A DNA stretch of 64,000 nucleotides, taken from contig NIVC01001067.1 of assembly GCA_002269645.1 (NCBI GenBank), positions 93,287 to 157,286 on the forward strand. The letters run 5' to 3'. The position numbers and the translations under genes are program-made. This DNA comes from Macrostomum lignano (taxonomy: Eukaryota). Position 1 is the stretch's first letter. Every line of letters begins with the position of its first letter. The notes under the pieces were generated by a model that made no database searches, had not been told where the DNA came from, and worked only from the letters and a program-made list of their open reading frames with translations. Shown here in pieces: positions 21,456 to 31,903 of the stretch.

Positions 21456-24400
21456 GCCGGGACCCAGACGAAGTCGCACGGGCGCGACATGTGGGCCAGT
21501 ACCTCCCAGCAGCGGCTTCCGGCGGCGGTGACCTGCCTACTGGGGCCGCTCTGGAGGGCCGTGAGTGCTGATTTGGAGTCGCTGAGGATCCGCACTGTAA
21601 GGCCGTGCTCTGGCGGGAGTTGAGTAATGTAGTCGAGGGCGGCGCTGATCGCGACCATGTCCGCCTGGAAGCTGCATGCGATCCGGCCAGCCGGGGCGGT
21701 GATCTTTTGGCACCAGAGGCGGGTGCAGACCACCGCGGCACCCCATGCGTCGTGGATGCCCTCCTTGACGCTGCCGTCCGTCCACGCGTCGATGTCACAG
21801 GGTGTTAGCTGCTCGAGAGCTGACATCGCCCTGTCGCGGCGGACGCTCGTCGGGACTGCTCTGCCGCAGCCGTCGGCGAGGGTGAAGTCAAAAGTATGGC
21901 TGTACCGGTTGAGCGCGAGGTGTGCCAGGTCGGGCGGCGGTGGCGGGAACGGCTCTCTGGGCCGGTCTTCGAGGCCACAGGGACCGGTGATTTCTCTCGC
22001 GATTCGCCACCAGCAGCCGCGGAAAGGGCGCTTGTAATCATTGTCTAGTAGCGCGTTAAAATTTGCCTCTTCTTGTCGGCGGGCGCTCTCGTAGGCGCGG
22101 TTTCGTAGTCTGCTGGTGGTGTCTCTGGCCGCAGTCCAGTGTGCTGGGACGTCCTCCGGGAGGCGCAGCACCCGTTCTCGGAGGCAGGCGGCGCGTTCCA
22201 GGATGGTGTGGCCAAAGGGGGGAGGTTGGCCGTCCGAAGCAGCTCCGTGGTTCGAGTTGGGAGCATACATCCGGTGATGATTCTTGCGCAGCTGTTCTGT
22301 TGCTGTTCGATAAGCAGTTTGGTGCTCGGTGCCGCGCTGGCTCCCCAGACTCCGCATCCGTATTCGGCCACGGCGCGGATGGTTGCCTGGTAGGCCGTCC
22401 GGAGCCCCTCCTGGGTGGCTCCTACCGCGCGGTTCGCGAGGTCGGCAAGAGCGCGTCGGCGTCGGCTCATGCGGCGGCAGACGTTGGCTGCGTGCTGGGC
22501 GAAGTTCAGCTGACAGTCCAGGATGAGGCCCAGGAAGGTCGGGTGTTCTTCAAACTGGAGTGGCTCGCCGGCTAGCTCGATCGGGACCCGGAGCTTGCCG
22601 TTCACCTCGTTGGGGGCGAGCGTGAATGTTGAGTAGTTGCACTTGCTGGTACTCAGGGTGATTTTCCACTCTTTGGTCCAGTTGGCTATAGCGTCGAGTG
22701 CCGGTTGTATCCTGGCTCCGCAGCTCGCCAGTGAGGGCTGGGTGCTGAGGACAGCCGAATCATCGGCGTAGAGGCTGATGCCGCAGTCCGGCGCTGCTGT
22801 CGTGACTGCCTCCTCTAGGTCATTCACGTAGATGTTCCAGAGAGTTGGCGCCAGGACCGAGCCTTGTGGGAGTCCCTCTCGGAAGACGCGCTGGCGGCTC
22901 AGGGTGCGCCCGAAGCGGACTCTTGCGCGTCGGTCGGAAAGGAAGGCTTCCGTCCAGCCGATGGTGTTCTGGTCGATCTTTACTCGAGTCATCTTCACAA
23001 CGAGGCCTTCCTTCCAGACCGTTTCGTAGGCTCCTTTGAAGTCCATGCACGCGAGGATGCTCCTGTGCGGTGGAGAGCGTTCCAGGCCGTCGAAGATGTC
23101 CTGACAGACCCTGGCGAGCTGCTCCTCGGTGCTGCGGCCTCTGCGGAATCCGGCTTGTGCCGGGGACAGGGAGCCGTTGGTTTCGAGCTGGCGGTTGAGT
23201 CTTTGGAGCACCATCCTCTCCGCACATTTGGCGATGCAGCTCGTAAGGGCCACCGGTCGGTAGGATGTTGGGAGGGTGGCGTCTTTTCCTTTTTTGGCAA
23301 TTGGGATGATGATTGCCGACCTCCAGCTTCTGGGGCAGCGCTGTTGTATCCACGTGCGGTTGATGAGGTCCAGGAGGCGTTGGTCGGTGGCCGGTGGGAG
23401 GCGTTTGAGCATCTCGTTGGTAACGCCGTCTTCCCCGGCGCTTTTGCCGGATTTGAGTTGTCGGATAGCTGATCTGAGCTCCAGGAGAGTGAAGGGTACC
23501 GGCGGCTGGGCTGGTCGTCTCCTGGCGCGTCTTGCCTCGTAGCGGATCTTGTAGTCCTCCTGTCGGCGGGGGACCCTGGCGGCAGCGGCGTAGATTTGGC
23601 AGAAAGTGTCTGCCTTTTCTTTGTCGGTGCGCACCGGTCGGAGCTCGACGCCGTCGACCGACTTCCGGGTGATGTCGACTTTGCCGCGCGGGACTGGCGT
23701 ATCTCCTCTGGCTGCGCGCAGGAGCCGGAAGAGGTTGCTATCAACCGTCATTTCGCTGGCGCGGTCTTCCAGGAAGCCTCTGCGCTCTTTGCGGATGGTA
23801 TTGCTGGCGGTATGTCGAGCTGCGTTGTAGGCCGCGAGGTTTTCTGGAGTCGGATCGGACTCGGGCGTCGCCCTTGCTCTGATGCAGGCTTGTCGGCTGA
23901 TTTCGCAGTCTGGGGTCCAGAAAGGGCAGCGGTTGTTTTTGGGGCTGCCTCTGGGGATCGCCTGAGTGGCGGCCTCGATGATGTCGGCGCAGAGGGCCGC
24001 GTGTTCAGGGTCCACGTCACCCCAGTCCTGGGGTCCTTGGATGTCAGCTAGATGTTGTCTGAAGGCGGGCCAGTCGGCCTTGGCGAAGCTCCAGCGAGTG
24101 ATACCGTGCTTGAGTTCGCGCCTTGCCATTGCCAGCGGGAAGGTGATGGGGAGATGGTCGCTGCCCATATCCTTTTCGGTCCTCCAACCCGCCGGGATGA
24201 TCGCGGTCAGGAATCCCTTTGCCAGCGTCAGATCGGGTGAGCTCCGGGATCCGCTGCTCGGGCTGCTCCTGGTGTGGCTGGTTCCGTTACAGACGTGGAG
24301 GCCGTTAGTCGCGCTCCAGTGTTCGATGAGGTGTCCCCTAGCGTCTTCATCGGTCCACCTGTCCCAGCAGCCGTGGCCGTTGAAATCGCCACAGATGATG

Positions 24401-25268
24401 GAGTTGGGGCCCACGGGCAGGGTGTCGAAGTTCGGAGTCCAAGTGTCCTGGCGCTGGGCGCTGGTTGGCGGGGCGTAGATATTAACGACGGTGATGGGGG
24501 ACTTGCCGGTGATGTGAAGGACGATGGCGGCCGCATCGAGTTTGCCTTGGTCCTGTGCGATCGTGGGTAGTGTGCTGTACCTCACGTCCGAGCGAGTCAT
24601 GATCAGGACGCCGCCCCTGCTGGTTGGTTTTTTTTGCCTTTTTGGTTTTCTCCCGGCTAGTGGCGCGCCCGTCTCCTCTCGTTCTCTGGCCTCGGTTTGC
24701 TCGGGGCCTGCATCTGTGCCTGGCCACGGGGCGTCGCGTTCGGTACAGGCGGTACGTCCACTGCGGCATCCGCGGCACCATCTGGCCCGATCGTCTGGAA
24801 AGCGGAGGCGGCACCGTGGTCTCGTCACTCGCCTGGTCGCGGTGCGGGCCACAGGTCGTTGCTGTTGCTGTTGTTGGGTGCCGGTATTGTTGGTGTCCGT
24901 GTTGTCGTCTCGAGCGCTCTCCGTTTCCTCGTTGTAGGGGAGTCCGTCGACTCGCGCTGCGATGCAGTAGTCGGTTGGGGGGGGGGGGTGAACTCCTCGT
25001 CGGGCACGAGCTTTGTCTCCTAAGGGCCTAAGGAGGAGGGCCGGGCGGTTCTTGGCGAGCCAATGGGTCAGCTCTGTGAGGCGTGCTTTCAGTCCGTTGG
25101 CGTTGAACTGAAGTGCTCGGAGCTCTTGATCCGGCTCTGCGCTGGGCCGTCCGTCTCGACGTTTCCGGGCGCTACGGCGTGTCTTGCGGTGGTTGGCTGG
25201 GGCGATGGTGGAGTCGCCGCCTCGCAGCCTGAGCACCGTGTGCATCTCTTCGCAGGTTCGGTGGTAGG

Positions 25269-25346
25269 GGAGACCGTTAGTCGGTACTCCGACGCGATTT
25301 CTCGGTCGGTCCAGGGGCACGTCGTGGACGTCGTCTCCAAGCCCCC
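25269..25346 (-). ncRNA. HDV-like self-cleaving ribozyme at the LINE 5' end (predicted)
   Basis: Manual fold: P1 GGGGGC/GCCCCU with G1-U wobble; P2 GGAGAC/GUCUCC; P3 ACG/CGU; L3 UCCACGA; P1.1 CC/GG; P4 hairpin with GAAA loop; J4/2 ..GACUAA.. Position G1 coincides with the TSD-defined element start. Confidence 0.8.
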
Positions 25347-25673
25347 GTTTTGACAGCTGCTACTGCTGCTGCTTCGAGAGACCGTTCCTGGCTTGAGCTC
25401 TGATTCCCTCAGCTAAACTGCTCAATTCAACTCTCCCATGATGCGCGAATACTGGGAATCCAGTTTTGTAGGCACGCTTGAAACCATAGCGATCCACCAC
25501 GCTATCACCGAAGTCATCACTGCTTCATTAACGATGTCTTAGTTTTTTGGGAATAATTCTGCGGAATTATACATGCATATGCTAGCTAGCTATAGGATAT
25601 TTGCTAGAGCCAGCTTTTAAACTTTCTGCTGGATGCCAGGACGACGCCTTTGGAAGTGTTGTTGGCTGAGCTG

Positions 25674-25883
25674 TCAAAAAAGATGGTCACTCCTGTTTCC
25701 TGATGCAATCGATCGAGTCACAAGTTCTGTGCAGCCAGGGTCGACAGAAGGAATTGCGCTCGACAGGGCACAATCGACTTTGGTGGAGTTTCGAGTTTTC
25801 TGTCGGTGATAGACTCTTGACTCATGATCTACGAAGGAGGGAGGGACAGCAGGTGAGCTGACGGAAGGATCTGGAAAAGACAT
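25674..25883 (-). pseudogene. Possible degenerate APE endonuclease remnant of an older LINE
   Basis: Translation YHRQKTRNSTKVDCALSS...SGNRSDHLF loosely resembles the APE C-terminal (T..S.IDY..S / SDH) motifs; weak. Confidence 0.3.
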
Positions 25884-26938
25884 GTGTGATGGGTTTCGAC
25901 CTTTCGGCCCCCTTGTGGGGAAGCCTTCGGCCTCAGGTCTCAGAAATAAATCAATTAGAGTCCTGGCCCCCCACTCCTGTCAGATGGTCAGCCCCATGGT
26001 AGCTTGATCTGTGGCGAGCAGTCTATAGGTCCTATAGCTAAGAGAGGGACAGCGAGAGACAAGCAGGGAGAATTTTGAAGGTAGAGATCAGCTAATCCGC
26101 AGATTAACTAACCCGCTGCCACCAGCCCGTACGTCCTGGCTCACACCGGGACTCGAAATCGGGCTTTGCACTTACCTGCCAACTAGTGTCTTTTTGCTGT
26201 CAATCTCGAAGTCATAGCCGATGATAAGGGACACTGCTGGGACTAGATCGCATTTGCCATGCAGGTACAGAGGGGACTTGTGCAGGGGATTCTTGCAGTG
26301 GCGAGACTATGGGGTAGCTACATGTACTATTACATTGCTAAATACAAAGAATTGTACTTTTGGCCTTCAACGCGCCAACCAGCCTCTCCTAGCGCTGATG
26401 ATAGGCTAACTCGAACCTCAGAGACTGCATGATTCATCACCCGAGCCGCTTGGCTAACCTAGACTGCACAGAGTACATCTCTGGAGCCGATTCTGTACTA
26501 TTGGCAATTTCGCTAACTGATTTGATAGATTGATCGACTGAGAACTGCCTTGCCATGCTGCCTTGCCTTGCCACTGTGACTGGCGCCTACTAGCTTAGCT
26601 ACTCATCTGAGCCATCGGCGAACAAAGAAATAAAACCGATAAAAATAACTGTCAGACTTAACCTTCTTCTTAGATCACTTCACACTTCAGATTGAATTGG
26701 AGTTTTAGACTACTAGCAGTATTATTGAATGATTTCTGCCTCAGTAACAGCACTGCTGAACAAATGAGCAAAAGTGTGCGCCTAATCCAGCTACTGAAAC
26801 AGGGGACAGATAGGGATTCACCCAATCAAGTAAGTCTAGGCAGCCTCTCACCCAACCAATCAGAAACTCAACAGCCGGAGACCAGGTAATCCGCAGTGAC
26901 CAAATCGGCTTAGTGCTTCGCAGCTGTAGACCCGGGCT

Positions 26939-27128
26939 CAGTGGCGCAACCAGGGGGGGCGGGGGGGGGGCGGTCGCCCCCCCCCTTAGGCGGGGACCGA
27001 AAAAAAATCAAAGGGGGGACCAAGCGAATTTTCGCCAAAAACAGAGCCACCCCTCCGCCGCCCCCCCCTCCCGGGACTTTACCCTCAGAATCCGCCCCCC
27101 CCTTGAAAAATTTCTGGTTGCGCTACTG
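26939..27128. mobile_element. 190-bp hAT-type MITE
   Basis: TIR CAGTGGCGCAACCAG / CTGGTTGCGCTACTG (14/15); 8-bp TSD CCCGGGCT at 26931-26938 and 27129-27136. Confidence 0.92.
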
Positions 27129-28294
27129 CCCGGGCTGGTGCTGATGTCACGGTGTTCGCAGATAGCTAGCAGGGGATGCACTTAACTTTGATGTTCGCTG
27201 CTGATGACCGGGGGGACTCGTCCTTGATGATGATGGGGGAGGTCGCAATCCGGAGATCAAGAAACGACGGTCGCGCTCCGGGACGTCTCAATCTAGGCTA
27301 AGGTCCCAGGAGAAGTTGATCCAAGCGGGCCAAAAACACCGGTTTAAATAGCCGCCAACTGGACCGCAGTTTGTTATAATGGAACACGTCGATTCTGATT
27401 GGCTGAGCCGATTTGTTAAAATGAGCGCCGAATTTTCTGATTGGTTAAGCTGGTTGCTACCCAGAATCACGTGACCGGGAGATCCTATCAGTTCCCACAG
27501 GGTCGTAAAAAGATGATAGGTGCGGCCATAAATCAATCAAAATCGCAACAAAATGATTTATGACTTTTCGCGTAGGATTGACAGAAATTAATGAAAAAAT
27601 ATACATTAGAAAGCTCTTTTTAAATAGAAAGCGAAGATAATGAAGAGAAATCACTAATCGCTAATCCCAAGGTACTCTCAGGGGTAAAACGCATAGCTGT
27701 CAAAGCTGTCACACGCTTGAGTGAAACCGAACAATAGGCTCTGACCTCATAAATCTTGATGGCCTGTCAAAATGATGAGAAAAAAGCTACCGCCCGCATC
27801 CTCTCAGACCATCTGGCGCCCGCCTCAACACTGAGTGAGGCGCTGGTGGCTGTCAGACCAGCTGCGAAAGCGATGATTTATGACCCAAAAAGCTGCGCCT
27901 ATGTTATTATGACTACTAGTATGACCAGACATTATATCTAGTATAGATTCTATGAAAATTCGCAGAAAAAGGATAAAAATGCCCATTGCCCACTGTTAGT
28001 AGGCTAGTAAGTTTAGAGCCCATGTGCTAGCGCGGGATTTGGAAAAAAGTGCGTCCTCATCATGTGAATGAACTAAAAATAACTGGACAGAGAATGCAGG
28101 AGACAAAGCAAACCCAAATTCCTCTGGGAAACTGATAACCGCAAAACTGGAGGACGGACTAGTAGACTGGAGGACCGGGCTCCTGCGATGGAAACATCTC
28201 AGCCGGAGCAACCTTGGGTCCCATACGTTTCATTCAGGGGGGAAGGGAGGAGTGTGACGTCTGCACTTTTAGGTGTCTATGGCCTAACCCAGGA

Positions 28295-28643
28295 CACAGA
28301 CCTACACAGACCTACACAGACCTACACAGACCTACACAGACCTACACAGACCTACACAGACCTACACAGACCTACACAGACCTACACAGACCTACACAGA
28401 CCTACACAGACCTACACAGACCTACACAGACCTACACAGACCTACACAGACCTACACAGACCTACACAGACCTACACAGACCTACACAGACCTATACAGA
28501 CCTACACAGACCTACACAGACCTACACAGACCTACACAGACCTACACAGACCTACACAGACCTACACAGACCTACACAGACCTACACAGACCTACACAGA
28601 CCTACACAGACCTACACAGACCTACACAGACCTACACAGACCT
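28295..28643. repeat. 10-bp tandem repeat (ACAGACCTAC)n
   Basis: About 35 near-perfect units. Confidence 0.98.
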
Positions 28644-28944
28644 TGACGCTTTGACTAAGAGGCGTCCCCCGCCCCTCTTACTTCCACAGTGCGAGAGCTT
28701 TAGAGTACCTGCTAAGCTAAGTCGAGTCCTTCTGCTATAAATGTTGAGGACAGACAGATTCTCGTGGGAAGTTGAATCCAACAAGCCATCAATGCAGCTT
28801 AGCAGTATAGTTGCGTTCCTCTAAAAACTAAACAAACTAGAGGTCCTGAATGACAGGAGCTTAACATTTGCACCCCTTGAAAATGGTATCCACCGGCCTT
28901 GGAGGCAGGTCTAGTCTAGGGGCGCTTACAAAAATTATCAAGGG

Positions 28945-29895
28945 TGCCCACGTCCAAGAGACAGGGGCTCCCACCAAGAGTCAGGGGCGCCCACCAAGAG
29001 ACAGGGGCGCTTATACAAGACAAGGGCGCTTATACAAAAAGACAGGGGCGCTTACAAAAAGACAAGGGCGCTTATACAAAAAGACAGGGGCACTTACAAA
29101 AAGACAAGGGCGCTTATACAAAAAGACAGGGGCACTTACAAAAAGACAGGGGCGCTTACAAAAAGACAGGGGCGCTTACAAAAAGACAAGGGCGCTTATA
29201 CAAAAAGACAGGGGCGCTTACAAAAAGACAGGGGCGCTTACAAAAAGACAAGGGCGCTTACAAAAAGACAGGGGCGCTTACAAAAAGACAGGGGCGCTTA
29301 CAAAAAGACAAGGGCGCTTACAAAAAGACAGGGGCGCTTACAAAAAGACAGGGGCGCTTACAAAAAGACAAGGGCGCTTATACAAAAAGACAGGGGCACT
29401 TACAAAAAGACAAGGGCGCTTATACAAAAAGACAGGGGCACTTACAAAAAGACAAGGGCGCTTATACAAAAAGACAGGGGCGCTTACAAAAAGACAGGGG
29501 CGCTTACAAAAAGACAGGGGCGCTTACAAAAAAACAAGGGCGCTTATACAAAAAGACAGGGGCGCTTACAAAAAGACAAGGGCGCTTATACAAAAAGACA
29601 GGGGCGCTTACAAAAAGGCAGGGGCGCTTACAAAAAGGCAGGGGCGCTTACAAAAAGACAGGGGCAACTTACAAAAAGACAGGGGCGCTTACAAAAAGAC
29701 AGGGGCGCTTACAAAAAGACAGAGGCGCTTACAAAAAGACAGGGGCGCTTACAAAAAGACAGGGGCGCTTACAAAAAGACAGGGGCGCTTACAAAAAGAC
29801 AGGGGCGCTTACAAAAAGACAGGGGCGCTTACAAAAAGACAGGGGCGCTTACAAAAAGACAGGGGCGCTTACAAAAAGACAGGGGTGCCCACCAA
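28945..29895. repeat. 20/22-bp minisatellite (ACAAAAAGACAGGGGCGCTT)n, related to the 51.5-64 kb satellite
   Basis: Directly visible; terminal units read CCACCAAGAGACAGGGGCGC. Confidence 0.96.
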
Positions 29896-30186
29896 ATATT
29901 GGCGCCCTTTAGGGTTGCGGCCTCTTCAATTAACATTAACACTGTCTCTCTCTCAAACCACATCCGCAACTATACATTGCCACTGGTTTAACTGATAGCG
30001 CATCTTCAGCTACAGCCATCAACCATCAGCGATTGGTTTTAAAAACGTGCGCCCAATGAGCGCAGACGCAAATTTGAATAAAAACGTTTTTAAATAAAAA
30101 GCACTTTGAATAGATCAGTTTTAAGGCCGACTCCTAAACTCTAAAGACAGAATCAAGCAGTTGTTTCTGAACTCAAACAGCACGCG

Positions 30187-30890
30187 ATGAACTGCCAAAA
30201 TTTTGAGCACATTCTACCGCTGCTCCTGCTGCTGCTGACTGCCAGTCCACCAGTGGCTGGCTTCGTCTTCAAAATTGTGAGATCCGAGAGCTCCGCGATG
30301 TCTGCCAGCATGAAGTTTGTAACTGGCAGCGGCACCGTAAACTGCTCGCGGTAGAGTGTGCTCAGACAGCCGACTGCAGTGAGTTCTCCTTGCTGCTGCA
30401 TGGCCTGTGCCAGCTGTTCAACTTGAGCGCCTTCTCTGGCACCTGGTTGAGCTCGCCACCCTGCGAGGTGTTCAAGCTGATGGAAGACCCGGCAGTTGCC
30501 ACCAGTAAGGAGCGCAACGTCGCTTGCTTGTACTAGTTTAATTTATTCTGGTTTAACCTAACCTAAATAGTATAGTATAGAGTATAGAGTATACTTTAAC
30601 CTAACCTAACCTAACCTAACCTAACCTAACCTAACCTAAAGTTTAACCTTCTGGTAGCTTTCGTGGCCTAGCTACCTTGATCACCATCTACAACCGGTAT
30701 TTTTGGCCTGAATTGCTCAACAAGTTCAACCTGCTGGTTGATGGCATTGAGTGCAACCGAGTGGACCGCACAGAGAGTCGTTCTGGCCATCGCCAACTTT
30801 ACCTGCAACGCTTTCGGCAGCGCTGTTCGAGTCGTCAACCAGATGACCGACCATCTTATGCTCTGCGAAGTTGAGATCTATGGTTACTGA
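30187..30890 (+). pseudogene. Secreted PAN/apple-like plus F-type (fucolectin)-like lectin gene with frameshifts (pseudogene or assembly error)
   Basis: ATG 30187 gives the signal peptide [25 protein letters not shown]. After a frameshift near 30340: VECAQTADCSEFSLLLHGLCQLF (PAN-like Cys spacing). From 30677: ITIYNR..NKFNLLVDGIEC; after a second frameshift near 30780: FTCNAFGSAVRVVNQMTDHLMLCEVEIYGY* (F-type lectin LCEVE-x-Y end motif). Confidence 0.55.
30597..30638. repeat. (TAACC)n = (TTAGG)n telomere-like pentamer tract
   Basis: About 8 perfect copies. Confidence 0.9.
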
Positions 30891-31903
30891 GGCGTGAGAA
30901 AAATACTTTGTTTAGCAAGGTCCTTCTACTAGTATATGTACTCAAGGAAAAACATTTTATTTCTCAAAAACGTCCCAAAATTCAGTTTTATTAATTGCAA
31001 AAAGTCAGTACCAAAAAGGAAGTTTATTATTTTTCTGAAGAAAAAAAATGAAAAATTTAGATGAAATCTCAGCTTGTTTTGTTATTTTACTTCATTTTAA
31101 TTGGCCCAAAAATGAAGCTATATAAGACTTTTTTACTCTGAATTTTATTTGATTTTATGAGCGTTTATAGATAGATTAGCTGTCAAATATAAAACAAAAT
31201 ATTTGCAATAAAAGCTCTAGAAGGTACGATTTCCTATCTTTAAAGTTGTATTAGTAAGATATATTATTTTTTTTAAACGAAACGAAATCCTTTGCGTATT
31301 TTTATAACTTATAATTTATAATATGACAATATCGATGGGTTGTTAATGGCAACAAACTGCAATTCAAGAGAACAATTTTGAAAACTAACATTTCTTAGAA
31401 AAAAATTAGAAGGCAGGTTTTACCAAAAAAATAAATTACGGAGAATGTAGGTTTTCATTTTTTAGTCCAAAGGATAAAGACCCAAAGGCCTATCAACAGT
31501 TATTGCCAAGTTTGTACTACATAAAAAAGAAAACCGCATTTTTTCGATAAACATTTTCAAGAAACGTATAGCTTCTAATCCTTCTACTTGAAGTAGGCCT
31601 TGCCAACACGTGTATCTATAAGCTGGTTAAGGTGCATTCATAAAATAATTGCGATTAGCTATAAATCACAGCGATAAGAAGCAAAGTCAATGCTTGCTGG
31701 TAGTCATAGCAACTAAACTAAAAACATATAAGAGTATAGCTAGCATATCTCTGCATGCCAATCAATTGAAGTTGTGGAATTTAAACACGCGGCGCTGCAA
31801 GCTTTCAAAAGAGGACAATCACCACCGAAAGACAGATCAATGTTCGCGCGAATGAATAGAAATTCAAAGTGGAATTTAAAAATTCTGATCAAGTTGGAAG
31901 CCA

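Larger units (their letters stand above)
20811..25346 (-). mobile_element. Full-length single-ORF non-LTR retrotransposon, Ingi-like (APE endonuclease, RT, RNase H, C-terminal CCHC knuckle), disrupted
   Basis: 12-bp TSD GTTTTGACAGCT at 20799-20810 and 25347-25358; GAA/AAG-rich 3' tail. APE motifs LQFNANGL, NIYAPP, ICGDFN, SPDLT, GSDHLPI. RT motifs KSAGEDG, YRPVALTS, QAGFR, GLPQGSVLAP, YADD, TFLG. RNase H motifs WTDGS, LSDS, WVPAH, GNE-x-AD. Knuckle CPDC-x7-H-x4-C. Frameshifts near 25030/24980 and ~22215, plus a MITE insertion. Confidence 0.93.

Noticed and set aside
25140-25175. PGNVETDGP, resembling a 2A motif (GDVExNPGP), near the LINE 5' end
   Set aside because: It is out of frame with APE, lacks NPGP and lacks the upstream hydrophobic helix; probably chance.
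21049-25353. Many overlapping ORFs on both strands within the LINE
   Set aside because: Expected shadow ORFs in GC-rich coding sequence.
28868-29995. Basic K/R-rich 375-aa and 322-aa ORFs
   Set aside because: Translations of the 20-bp minisatellite.
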